Positions 39,096 through 47,267 of a stretch of 64,000 bases of DNA are shown here, in pieces. The notes under the pieces are model-generated. The model was given only the letters and a program-made list of their open reading frames with translations. It had not been told where the DNA came from and did no database searches. The position numbers and the translations under genes are program-made. Origin of the DNA: an uncultured Spirochaetales bacterium (lineage in GTDB: Bacteria > Myxococcota_A > UBA9160 > SMWR01). The DNA is taken from the NCBI GenBank assembly GCA_964494795.1, contig CAZBSV010000074.1, forward strand, positions 1,053-65,052, written 5' to 3'. Numbering within the stretch: position 1 is the stretch's first letter; the number at the start of each line of letters is the position of its first letter.

Positions 39096-39737
39096 CTATT
39101 TTCCTTGCTGCGCGACGAACCGAGCCACAACCGTGTCGCCATAGCGCCTCTCGTCGAGCGCCGACAATCCCTCGACTTGCGGCGAAGGATGACGCTTGTC
39201 GCGCTCGAGCACCACCATGGCGCCGGGAGGCAGCACTCCGGAATCCACCAGCGCCTCGAACGCGCGCGCGGGCTCCTCGGAAGCGTAGGGGGGGTCCATC
39301 AGCACGAGATCGAAGCGCTCCCCGGCTCGTCCGAGGCGACGGATGACACCCGGCGCATCTCCGGCAAGAGCCTGCGCGACGAGATCGAGCTCGAGCGAGG
39401 TCAGATTCGCTCGCAGAACCTCGAGTGTCGGAATGTCCCGCTCCACGAAGGTCGCTGCCGCAGCGCCCCGAGAAATTGCCTCGATTCCGAGCGCCCCACT
39501 CCCCGCGTAGAGGTCGAGCACGCGCGCGCCTTCGAGGTTTCCGAAACGAGCAAAGAGTGCCTCGCGCACCCGGTCGGCGGTCGGTCGAACCTCACCTTGC
39601 GGAACCCGGAAGCGCCTGCCCGACAAGCGCCCCCCGGTTACCCGAAGACGATGAGCAGCAGCGCGCAACTCAGCGGTCCGATGAGCAACTGGATCGCCCA
39701 ACACATAATATTGACTCGCGATTAGGGAAAACTCCAT
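39096..39737 (-). CDS. rsmD: 16S rRNA (guanine966-N2)-methyltransferase RsmD
   Basis: RVTGGRLSGRRF...RPTADRVREALF...VLDLYAGSGALGIEAISRGA...DPPY. The start is uncertain: ATG 39737, or an internal TTG near 39650. Confidence 0.8.
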   Translation of the reverse strand: MEFSLIASQYYVLGDPVAHRTAELRAAAHRLRVTGGRLSGRRFRVPQGEVRPTADRVREALFARFGNLEGARVLDLYAGSGALGIEAISRGAAAATFVERDIPTLEVLRANLTSLELDLVAQALAGDAPGVIRRLGRAGERFDLVLMDPPYASEEPARAFEALVDSGVLPPGAMVVLERDKRHPSPQVEGLSALDERRYGDTVVARFVAQQGK

Positions 39738-39957
39738 GCGCGACCCTTTCGCTCGCACCAAACCTAGGCAAAAACACTACCTCCGCTCTCGATTTCCCCG
39801 CAATCGCCGTCGACAATCGGCGTTTTGAAAAAGCGTTCGGGATGACGACTTCGTCAAGCGACACCCTGGCGGGGATTTCAGTCGAAATAACCGCCGCGCA
39901 CTCTTGCTCTCGCTGGTGTTCCATCCTACACTGCGCCGATTCGCAGATGACGCGACT

Positions 39958-39987
39958 TTGTGATTTTGCTCTGCGAACTCTTACAAT
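39958..39987 (+). promoter_or_regulatory. candidate sigma-70-type promoter (TTGTGA-N18-TACAAT)
   Basis: Motif match in a locally AT-richer 380-nt spacer, about 150 nt upstream of the HTH gene at 40141. Sequence match only. Confidence 0.3.
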
Positions 39988-40140
39988 CAACCACGCACTT
40001 CATCGACCGCGGCCTGGTACGAGCAACGAGACACCAACGAAAGCACGGACACAAGCTGCGACACGATGTCGAGTGTCACGACTGCCGCCCGACCCAGGGT
40101 GGTCGCAGTCGCGACCGCACAAATCAGGAGAAACGAACAA

Positions 40141-40380
40141 ATGGCTACAGCTGCAGTTTCACGTCTCAAGCGGAAGCTTCCTGAGAGACTGGCCGCCGTC
40201 CGCGGAGATCGTTCTCAGCGACAGTTCGCGCGTGATCTCGGTGTTTTTCAGCAAAACGTCAACCGATACGAGAGCGGCACGACGCCGCACACGGATTTCC
40301 TGATCACGCTCGCGCTCAAGGAGAACATCTCGATCGACTGGCTGCTCCTGGGCAAGGGTAAGTTGCGAAAGGGCCGCTAG
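40141..40380 (+). CDS. small XRE/phage CI-repressor-type HTH protein
   Basis: 79 aa. AGGAGA RBS. SQRQFARDLGVFQQNVNRYESGTTPHTDFLITLALKENISIDWLLLGKG resembles the Phage_CI_repr HTH domain. Confidence 0.7.
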   Translation: MATAAVSRLKRKLPERLAAVRGDRSQRQFARDLGVFQQNVNRYESGTTPHTDFLITLALKENISIDWLLLGKGKLRKGR

Positions 40381-40405
40381 CCAGGCTTTGCCGTTCCAAC
40401 CATTC

Positions 40406-40441
40406 GAGGGCCCGGCCGCCAAACGCCGGGCCCTCGTTTCT
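40406..40441 (+). terminator. GC-rich stem-loop after the HTH gene (probable terminator)
   Basis: GAGGGCCCGGC-cgccaaac-GCCGGGCCCTC is a perfect 11-bp stem followed by GTTTCT. The T-tract is weak. Confidence 0.55.
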
Positions 40442-40516
40442 GGGACCGATCCCCTCGTTTCTGGGACCGATCCCGTCGTTTCTGGGACCGATCCCGTCGT
40501 TTCTGGGACCGATCCC
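40433..40516. repeat. 21-nt intergenic tandem repeat, 4 copies (tcgtttctgggaccgatccc+1)
   Basis: TTCTGGG recurs at 40438, 40459, 40480 and 40501 (exact 21-nt phase). The array starts inside the terminator tail and ends in the small palindrome CGATCCC-atctaatg-GGGATCG. Confidence 0.9.
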
Positions 40517-40787
40517 ATCTAATGGGGATCGCGCCCCGCCACAAAGCCCGCCGGAACCTCTCCCGGCCGCCGCTGCCGGATTGAGACCCTCGGCGGTCGA
40601 CAAATGGGAAAAGAACTTCACACAGCATCCGCTTCGCGGGCATCTCCTCCACGCGAAATTCATCCGCAACAGATCACCTAGCCACGCGATTTTGATCCGA
40701 TATCGGCTGCGGCCCGGGTCGGGGCACGCTTCTTGCTCAATCCCCGATCAGTGCGTGGATCCATGCGGGATCCGGATCGGAGGCCAG

Positions 40788-41120
40788 GTGCAGCTGCTCG
40801 CATTCGCCACGTTGGCCCTTTCGGGCTTGGACCACTGGACCACTTATGTGTGCCTGAGCCAGGGCTTCGAGGGTTGGGAGGTGACGGAAGCCAATCCGCT
40901 CTCGGACTGGCTCTTCCAGACGGTGGGGCTCGTCCCGGGACTGCTGGTCGACAGCGCGTTGACGCTCGCGGCGGTGGCCTTCCTGCTGACGACGCGCCGC
41001 CTGCCCTTGCTGTTCAAGAAGACCTTCTTCGGACTTGTGGTCGCCTCCACCGGATACGCGGTCTTCAACAACTACCGGGCGATGAACGCGCTCGGAATCT
41101 CGCTTCTCGGCATCGGGTGA
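40788..41120 (+). CDS. small integral membrane protein (DUF5658-like)
   Basis: GTG 40788 with GGAGG 4 nt upstream. About 110 aa with 4 hydrophobic segments and the motif LSGLDHWTT...EANPL. The start and the family assignment are tentative. Confidence 0.5.
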   Translation: MQLLAFATLALSGLDHWTTYVCLSQGFEGWEVTEANPLSDWLFQTVGLVPGLLVDSALTLAAVAFLLTTRRLPLLFKKTFFGLVVASTGYAVFNNYRAMNALGISLLGIG

Positions 41121-41125
41121 CTGCC

Positions 41126-41737
41126 ATGATTCGGCGCCTTCTGCTATCGCTGTCGTGCCTTGCCTTCGGAACGCTCTCGTGCGGCCACTTTCCGCGGCCG
41201 CCCGCGGCGGACAGCCTGCCTCCGGTGTCGCTCGCGCTACCGGAGGCCGCAAGTGAACAAGCTGCGGCCGACCCAATGGTGGAGCGCGCGATCCATTACC
41301 TGAAGGGGCGCCGTACGGCGCTCAGCGACCCCGAGATCGCACGCGTCGCCGACACGATCGTTCGCGAGGCCAACCTCCGGGGCATCGATCCGAATCTCGT
41401 GATCGCGGTAATCCACATCGAGAGCCGCGGCAACGCGTTCGCGCTGTCACCGGTCGGCGCGATGGGAATGATGCAGATCATGCCTCCGACCGGCGAAGAA
41501 CTCGCCGGGAAGCTAGGGATTTCCTGGATCGGTCCGCAAACGCTGTTCGATCCGCTGGTGAACGTGCGGATGGGCATCGCGTATCTCGAGGAACTCGAGC
41601 GTCGTTATGGAAACACCGCGACGGCACTCGCGGCCTACAACTGGGGACCGGGTCGCATCGATTCCAAGATCCAGCGCGGCGATGCCCTACCGGTTCTCTA
41701 CTCCGGATCCGTGCTCGCCAGCTACCGATCGCACTGA
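41126..41737 (+). CDS. lytic transglycosylase (SLT domain) lipoprotein
   Basis: Lipobox FGTLSC. Catalytic region IESRGNAFALSPVGAMGMMQIMPPTG...AAYNWGPGR. Confidence 0.8.
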   Translation: MIRRLLLSLSCLAFGTLSCGHFPRPPAADSLPPVSLALPEAASEQAAADPMVERAIHYLKGRRTALSDPEIARVADTIVREANLRGIDPNLVIAVIHIESRGNAFALSPVGAMGMMQIMPPTGEELAGKLGISWIGPQTLFDPLVNVRMGIAYLEELERRYGNTATALAAYNWGPGRIDSKIQRGDALPVLYSGSVLASYRSH

Positions 41738-43179
41738 TCGCGATCCGACGCGGCGGGAATCTCGCCCTGCGCCAGTTCCGCGGCAAACCGGTCCACGGCA
41801 GCCATCGCCGCTTCGTCGCTGCCGGAAAATCCGTTCACGAGAATCGAGAATACGAGCGGCTCGCCGCTGGCTGACAGCGCGTAACCCGAAAGCGCCGTCA
41901 CGCGCGTGAGAAGGCCGGTCTTCGCGCGCACCCGGTTGGCAGCTTCACCGCTGCGCTTCTCCAACGTGCCGTCCGACGCCGCGATCGGCAACGCCGCGAC
42001 GAACTCCGGCCCGAAGCGAAACGAGTCCCTCGCGATCCGCAGCGCCGACACCAGCGTGCGCGGCGTCACGCGGTTGTCATAGGACAGTCCCGAACCGTCT
42101 ACGCTCGACATCCCCGCCAGATCGACACCGAGCTGTTCGAGTTGCGCGCGCACGGCCGAAATGCCGGCCGGCCAACTTCCCACACCCGCGTCGCGCGCAC
42201 CAAGTGCCTTGACGAGCATCTCAGCCATCGTGTTGTTGCTGTACTTGAGAAACAGCTGCACGAGATCCGCCAAGCTCTTGCCTTCGAATGCGAGCACGGG
42301 AAGCATCGACTCGGGCACGACGCCGAGGCGATCCTCTGCTTCGACGCCTTCCACGCGGATCCCGTTGGACTCGAGTTGCGCGCGCAGCACCGAGCCCGCG
42401 TAGCGGACGGGATCGAGCACGCTTCGGGGGTAGGTCTTCGATTCGCTCGCCGCGCGCACGACGCCCGAGACGCTGACTTCCTCGGCGCCGCCCAGCCGGC
42501 TTCGATCGACGGCGAGACTCGTTTTGGCTTTTCGCTCGCCGGTTGCCGCGAGGTTCTTGAGCCGCAGATAGGAAACCGGAGGATCCAGCCGCACGCGAAC
42601 GGGATCGCCCGCTTTGCGCCCCGCTTCGACCGTGGCCGAGAAAGCGCTGTAGTTCGCGGTCAGCGCGGCGACCGGTCCGTGGTAGGCGCGAGCCGAAGTC
42701 TCGCCCCAGTTCGGATGCCAGAATTCGGCGTCGAATGCGCTGGCATCGAGCAGCAGCCCTTTGCGGACGCTGCGGATTCCGCGCAGCCGCAAATCGGCGG
42801 CGAGGCGCCAGTATTCCTCCGAAGTGAGTCCCGGATCTCCGCCTCCGCGAACCCCGAGCCAATCGACGCCACCGTCGGCGTCCGGCCGCGCATCCGCGAA
42901 GATCTGGGTGGTGAATCGGTGCGCGGGCCCCCAGGCGGCGAGCAGCGCAATCGCAGTCAAGACCTTCTGGTTCGAAGCGGGAATCAGTGCGTGGTCCGGC
43001 GCGCGCTCGTAGAGCACCCTGCCGTCCTGTTGCGCGACCACCAACACACCGATGCGCGCGTCCTTCAGCGCCGGAGCGCGCAGCGCGGCGTCGAGGCGAC
43101 CCGCAAACTCCGCCGCCGCGGCCGATCCGGCCAGCGACACAGCGAGCGTTGCCGCGGTGACACTCCAGACGCGACGCAT
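41722..43179 (-). CDS. dacB: D-alanyl-D-alanine carboxypeptidase/endopeptidase (PBP4, S13 family)
   Basis: ATG 43179 with GGAGGAGAGG RBS. Signal peptide, SxxK motif PASNQKVLT, DGSGLS, KTGLLTRV (KTG). 16-nt convergent overlap with the SLT gene. Confidence 0.8.
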   Translation of the reverse strand: MRRVWSVTAATLAVSLAGSAAAAEFAGRLDAALRAPALKDARIGVLVVAQQDGRVLYERAPDHALIPASNQKVLTAIALLAAWGPAHRFTTQIFADARPDADGGVDWLGVRGGGDPGLTSEEYWRLAADLRLRGIRSVRKGLLLDASAFDAEFWHPNWGETSARAYHGPVAALTANYSAFSATVEAGRKAGDPVRVRLDPPVSYLRLKNLAATGERKAKTSLAVDRSRLGGAEEVSVSGVVRAASESKTYPRSVLDPVRYAGSVLRAQLESNGIRVEGVEAEDRLGVVPESMLPVLAFEGKSLADLVQLFLKYSNNTMAEMLVKALGARDAGVGSWPAGISAVRAQLEQLGVDLAGMSSVDGSGLSYDNRVTPRTLVSALRIARDSFRFGPEFVAALPIAASDGTLEKRSGEAANRVRAKTGLLTRVTALSGYALSASGEPLVFSILVNGFSGSDEAAMAAVDRFAAELAQGEIPAASDRDQCDR

Positions 43180-43423
43180 CGATCCTCTCCTCCGGTGCTG
43201 CCTGCCGGCTCTACGGCGCAACTTCGGTTCTTGTGGATTCTTTTCCTGCGCCCAATCCTGCGTTCGAGCGCTCGAGCGACTCCGCTGGAGCAAGGGCTCA
43301 GCGCTGAGGTCACTTGCGCCGAGAAGCTGGGGGAGCTTCTGGGATGTTCGCTTGACGCGAGTCAGCTTATCCGGGAGGCTGCGACGCGGCAATCGAGTTC
43401 GGCTCGACGCGTCTGGGGGGATC

Positions 43424-44725
43424 GTGCTCAACGCGATATTCATCGCGCTGCTCGTAGTTGCGGTCGTGACCGCGGCCGGCAACGGCAGGATGCCGGCCGT
43501 CAACCAGGCGCTGTTCGACTCCGCGCGCGACGCCGTCAACATCGCGCTCGGGCTGATCGGAACGATGGCGCTGTGGCTCGGATTCATGCGCGTGCTGCGC
43601 GACGCGGGCGTGATGGCGAACATCGCGCGCGCGCTCGCTCCCGTGATGCGCTGGCTATTCCCCGCGATTCCGCCTGATCACCCCGCGATCAGCGCGATGA
43701 TCCTGAACATGTCCGCGAACGTGCTCGGACTCGGCAACGCCGCAACCCCGTTCGGCCTCAAGGCGATGCGCGAGCTGCAGAAATTGAACACCAACAAGGC
43801 CGTCGCGACGGATTCGATGGCGCTGTTCCTCGCGATCAACACGTCGGGGCTCGCGGTCATCCCGACTGGCGTGATGGCGGTCCGCGCGAGCCTCGGCTCG
43901 GCGAACCCGGGCGGGATCTTCCTGCCCTCGATTCTCGCGACCCTGTGCTCGACGATCACCGCGATCGTCTTCGCCAAATTTCTCGCGCGCCGCAAGATAT
44001 TCTCACTCGACCGCTACGCGTCGATCTACCCCACGGATGCGAGCGAACCCGAACCGGACGTTGACGACATCGAGCTGCCGCAGGCTCCCGAGAGCCGGTC
44101 GTTCTCGCGCTGGGGCGTTGCGCTGATGCTGGCCGTCGCCGCCTGGGTGGTCGCGATGATCGTCCGCGACCTCGCGGTCGCCGAGGGCAACACGCGGGAA
44201 GCGATGCTCGCGATCTTCAACAGCTGGCTGATGCCGCTGCTCGCGGTCGGGATCGCCCTCTACGCGCTGGGCGCGCGGGTCAAGGTCTACGAATCGCTGG
44301 TCGAGGGCGCGCGCGAGGGTTTCCAGATCGTGATCATGATCATTCCCTTCCTGGTCGCGATCCTCGTCGCGATCGGCGTGTTTCGCGCTTCGGGAGCGCT
44401 CGATGCGGTGCTCGCGGCCGTTTCGCCCGTGACATCCCTGATCGGATTTCCCGCGGAAGCGCTCCCAATGGCGATCATCCGCCCGCTTTCCGCCCAGGGA
44501 GCGCTCGGCGTCATGACGGAAACGATGAAGATCTACGGTCCGGATTCCTTCATCGGCTACCTGGTTTGCGTGATTTCCGGCAGCACCGAGACCACCTTCT
44601 ACGTGCTCGCGCTCTACTGCGGGAGCATTCGGCTCCGCGCTACCCGACACACGGTGTTTGCGTGCGTCGCCGCGGATATCGGCGGCGCGCTCGCCTCGCT
44701 GTTCTGGTGCCGGGTATTCTTCTGA
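43424..44725 (+). CDS. nucleoside-recognition-domain membrane protein (fused SpmA/SpmB-like)
   Basis: GTG 43424. Multi-TM protein with the motif NMSANVLGLGNAATPFGLKAM and a second Gate-like half. Confidence 0.7.
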   Translation: MLNAIFIALLVVAVVTAAGNGRMPAVNQALFDSARDAVNIALGLIGTMALWLGFMRVLRDAGVMANIARALAPVMRWLFPAIPPDHPAISAMILNMSANVLGLGNAATPFGLKAMRELQKLNTNKAVATDSMALFLAINTSGLAVIPTGVMAVRASLGSANPGGIFLPSILATLCSTITAIVFAKFLARRKIFSLDRYASIYPTDASEPEPDVDDIELPQAPESRSFSRWGVALMLAVAAWVVAMIVRDLAVAEGNTREAMLAIFNSWLMPLLAVGIALYALGARVKVYESLVEGAREGFQIVIMIIPFLVAILVAIGVFRASGALDAVLAAVSPVTSLIGFPAEALPMAIIRPLSAQGALGVMTETMKIYGPDSFIGYLVCVISGSTETTFYVLALYCGSIRLRATRHTVFACVAADIGGALASLFWCRVFF

Positions 44726-44780
44726 TCCGCGGCGCGGGGTCGGTGACGCCCCCAACACCCGCGCAAGCCAGGAAGCCCGC

Positions 44781-45866
44781 GTGAACCAGAATCGATCCAG
44801 ACAGCAGAGCGAGGCCCTCGTCGCAGAAGTCGTCCGCGCGCAGCTCGGGGCCGCGGTCAGCCGATTCAGCTGGTTGCGCGGCGCACTCGGCTTTCGAAGT
44901 TTCTCGAGGATCTGGCTCGAAGCATCTGAAACAACAAGACAATCTCTCCCTGAAACGCTGATCGCGCGGATCGAGGCCGCGGACGATCCGAGCCGCAGGC
45001 CCGCGGGCGTTCTCGCCGAGCCCGCCCTCGAGCCGATCCGCGCACTGCTCGAATCCGAGGGCCTTCCGGTGCCGCGGCGCTTCGGCGCGGATCCCGCGCG
45101 CGGCATCGAACTGCTCGAGGACCTAGGCGAGCGCTCGCTCGCGGATTTTGCGCGCAGCGCGGATGCGCGAGAACTCGACAGCCTCTACCGCGAAGCCTGC
45201 GAACTCCCGCCGCGGCTCCAGCGGATCGAAGCGCGCCCGGGCGTCGCAAACTTCGCGCGCCAGCTCGACGACGCCCACTTGCGCTACAAGGCCGAGCGCT
45301 TCGCGCGCTGGAGTCTCCACCGCGATCGCGCGGCGAGCCCCGAGGAGGCCACGGTCGTGCGCGAAGCTTTCGAGCGGATCGCGCGAGAGATCCGCAGCGC
45401 GCCGCGGCGGCTCGCGCATCGGGACCTGCAAAGCGCGAATCTCCAACTCGTCGAAACGCCTCGAGGTTCAGCTGCCAAGATGCCGTTTCGACTCGTGATG
45501 ATCGATCTCCAAGGTGCGTTCATGGCACCGCCCGAATACGATCTGGTCTGCCTGCTGCGGGATTCCTACGTCGAGCTCACTGAAGCCGCAGTGGCCGCGC
45601 ATCTCGCGCGCGTGCGATCCGCGCTGCCGGACTGCCCGGACGCGGAGATCTTTCAGCTGCGCTTCGACCTTCTCACCCTCAGCCGCAAGGCGAAGGACCA
45701 CGCGCTGTTTCGCGCGGTCGCGCGCGAGCGCGGGGACGAGCGCTATCTCCAGTACCTGCCAGCGACGCGCCGCTATCTCCAGACAGCGGCCGCGCGCGTT
45801 GCATCAAAATACCCAGAATACGCTGACTTGAATCATCTGATTCAAGCGATTCCGGAGCTTCCATGA
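44781..45866 (+). CDS. amgK: aminoglycoside-phosphotransferase-fold kinase, AmgK-like (anomeric MurNAc/GlcNAc kinase)
   Basis: GTG 44781 with AGGAAG RBS. APH catalytic region LAHRDLQSANL...MIDLQGAFMAPPEYDLVCLLRDSY. It is 4-nt-overlapped with a MurU-like gene. The symbol is tentative. Confidence 0.6.
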   Translation: MNQNRSRQQSEALVAEVVRAQLGAAVSRFSWLRGALGFRSFSRIWLEASETTRQSLPETLIARIEAADDPSRRPAGVLAEPALEPIRALLESEGLPVPRRFGADPARGIELLEDLGERSLADFARSADARELDSLYREACELPPRLQRIEARPGVANFARQLDDAHLRYKAERFARWSLHRDRAASPEEATVVREAFERIAREIRSAPRRLAHRDLQSANLQLVETPRGSAAKMPFRLVMIDLQGAFMAPPEYDLVCLLRDSYVELTEAAVAAHLARVRSALPDCPDAEIFQLRFDLLTLSRKAKDHALFRAVARERGDERYLQYLPATRRYLQTAAARVASKYPEYADLNHLIQAIPELP

Positions 45867-46783
45867 GAGCCATGATCGTCGCAGCCGGGCTCGGAACCCG
45901 ACTGCGGCCGCTCAGCGGGCTGCGGCCGAAGCCCGCGCTGCCGGTGCGCGGCATCCCGCTGATCGCCTACACGCTGGCACTGCTCGCCCGCCACGGCGTG
46001 ACGCAAGTCGTCGTCAACGCCCACCACCTGCCGGAGATCCTGATGGACGCGGCCCGGCGCCATTGCCCGGCCGGCATCGAGCTGCGCTTTTCGATTGAAA
46101 CCGAGCTGCTCGACACCGGAGGCGGCATCCGCCGCGTCGCGGATTTTCTGCGCGAGAGCGACCCGTGCCTGATCGTCGCGGGCGACATGCTCTTTGACGC
46201 GGACCTCTCGGCGCTGGTCGCCAAACAGCGCGAGCGCAGGGACGCGTGGACGCTCCTGCTGCGCGAGGGCGACCCGCGCGAGCCAAGATTCGGCAGCCTC
46301 GGCGTCGACGCGGAGGGCCGCCTGCGCCGCATCGGTCAGCGCTTCGACCTCGGCGGCGAGATGCGCGCGGGCATCTACAGCTGGGTGAACGTCGTGGCGG
46401 CGCGGGCCTTCGATTCGCTCCCCGCGCGCGAAATCTTCAGCCACCTCGACCATTGGATTGCGCCGCAGCTCGCGTCCGGCGCTGCGGACATCCGCGGCGA
46501 AATCCTCGCGGCAAAAGCGTTCTGCTGGGAACCCGTGGGTACGCCCGCCGAGTATCTCAAAGTCAATCTCGAGCCAACGCACCTTTCCTACCAGCAGGCG
46601 ATCGCTGGCGCGCAGCGCGCGGGCGCGCGGATCGTAGGAGACGTCGTGATCGGCGCGAATGCGACGCTCGGCTCCGGTGTGCGGCTGCAGCGCGCGGTCG
46701 TCTGGGACGGCGAGCGGGTTCCCGACGGGCTGGAAGCGAGCAACGGCGTCTTCGCCGGGGGAGTCTTTCACTCGGTCGATTGA
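45863..46783 (+). CDS. murU: sugar-1-phosphate nucleotidyltransferase, MurU-like
   Basis: MIVAAGLGTRLRPLSGLRPKPALPV, VVVNAHH, LDTGGGI, VAGDMLFD. The pairing with the AmgK-like kinase supports the call, but the symbol is tentative. Confidence 0.65.
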   Translation: MRAMIVAAGLGTRLRPLSGLRPKPALPVRGIPLIAYTLALLARHGVTQVVVNAHHLPEILMDAARRHCPAGIELRFSIETELLDTGGGIRRVADFLRESDPCLIVAGDMLFDADLSALVAKQRERRDAWTLLLREGDPREPRFGSLGVDAEGRLRRIGQRFDLGGEMRAGIYSWVNVVAARAFDSLPAREIFSHLDHWIAPQLASGAADIRGEILAAKAFCWEPVGTPAEYLKVNLEPTHLSYQQAIAGAQRAGARIVGDVVIGANATLGSGVRLQRAVVWDGERVPDGLEASNGVFAGGVFHSVD

Positions 46784-46796
46784 ACGCCTCTGCGAA

Positions 46797-46930
46797 GGTT
46801 GGTTGCACGGCTTCGCTGACGGAAGTTGGTTGAACGGGTTCGCTGACGGAAGTTGGTTGAACGGGTTCGCTGACGGAAGTTGGTTGAACGGGTTCGCTGA
46901 CGGAGGTTGGTTGCTTGGGTTCGCTGACGG
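46797..46930. repeat. 27-nt intergenic tandem repeat, 5 copies
   Basis: GCTGACGG recurs at 46815, 46842, 46869, 46896 and 46923. The unit is gttggttgaacgggttcgctgacggaa. It starts 14 nt after the murU-like stop. Confidence 0.9.
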
Positions 46931-46978
46931 GGGGCCATCGGGCTCAAACACCATGTCGCCCGATGGCCCCCCGTCAGC
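46923..46978. other. perfect 21-bp inverted repeat (hairpin) with 14-nt loop
   Basis: gctgacggggggccatcgggc - tcaaacaccatgtc - gcccgatggccccccgtcagc. The 5' arm begins with the last copy of the 27-nt repeat. Confidence 0.85.
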
Positions 46979-47207
46979 GCCCCGAGTGACGTTTTGAAGG
47001 ATCGAGCCGCCGATTGCAGGGGTTCTTTTTCACGCGCGGGCGGCAAATTTGCTTTGGGGTCGGGACGCGAGAGCTGGGAGCGACATGCGGTTGGAGCGAA
47101 TGCGCTTGCGCCCTGACCCCCAGAGCAGAGCCGATGTGCTGAATCCGCGTGCGGGGCAGCGAGCGGTTGCGCGCCGGTAGCTGGGGAAAGAGCTGGCGGT
47201 CCTAGCA

Positions 47208-47267
47208 GCTCGAACCCGAAACGGGTTCGAGGTGCGCCGCAAGGGAAGCGAAGCTTCCCCCGCTAGC
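47208..47267. repeat. 60-nt double-hairpin extragenic element, copy 2 (inverted relative to copy 1)
   Basis: gctcgaacccgaaacgggttcgaggtgcgccgcaagggaagcgaagcttcccccgctagc. Its terminal gctagc contains the anmK stop codon (TAG, 47263-47265). Confidence 0.9.

Noticed and set aside
37959-39725. 588-aa plus-strand ORF
   Set aside because: It is antisense to coaBC, coaD and rsmD, all confidently identified. It has no motifs of its own.
40433-40516. CRISPR array hypothesis for the 21-nt, 27-nt and 20-nt repeat clusters
   Set aside because: The units are strictly contiguous with no spacers, and no cas genes are present. They are tandem repeats, not CRISPR.
42142-43677. 511-aa plus-strand ORF, and 7606..9282 (558 aa)
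   Set aside because: They are antisense to dacB and to the TPR gene respectively. They have Arg-rich compositions and no domain signatures.
45842-46954. 370-aa minus-strand ORF with PSANPFNQL repeats
   Set aside because: Most of it is antisense to the MurU-like gene. The N-terminal repeats are just the 27-nt intergenic tandem array read in frame. No start context or homology supports it.
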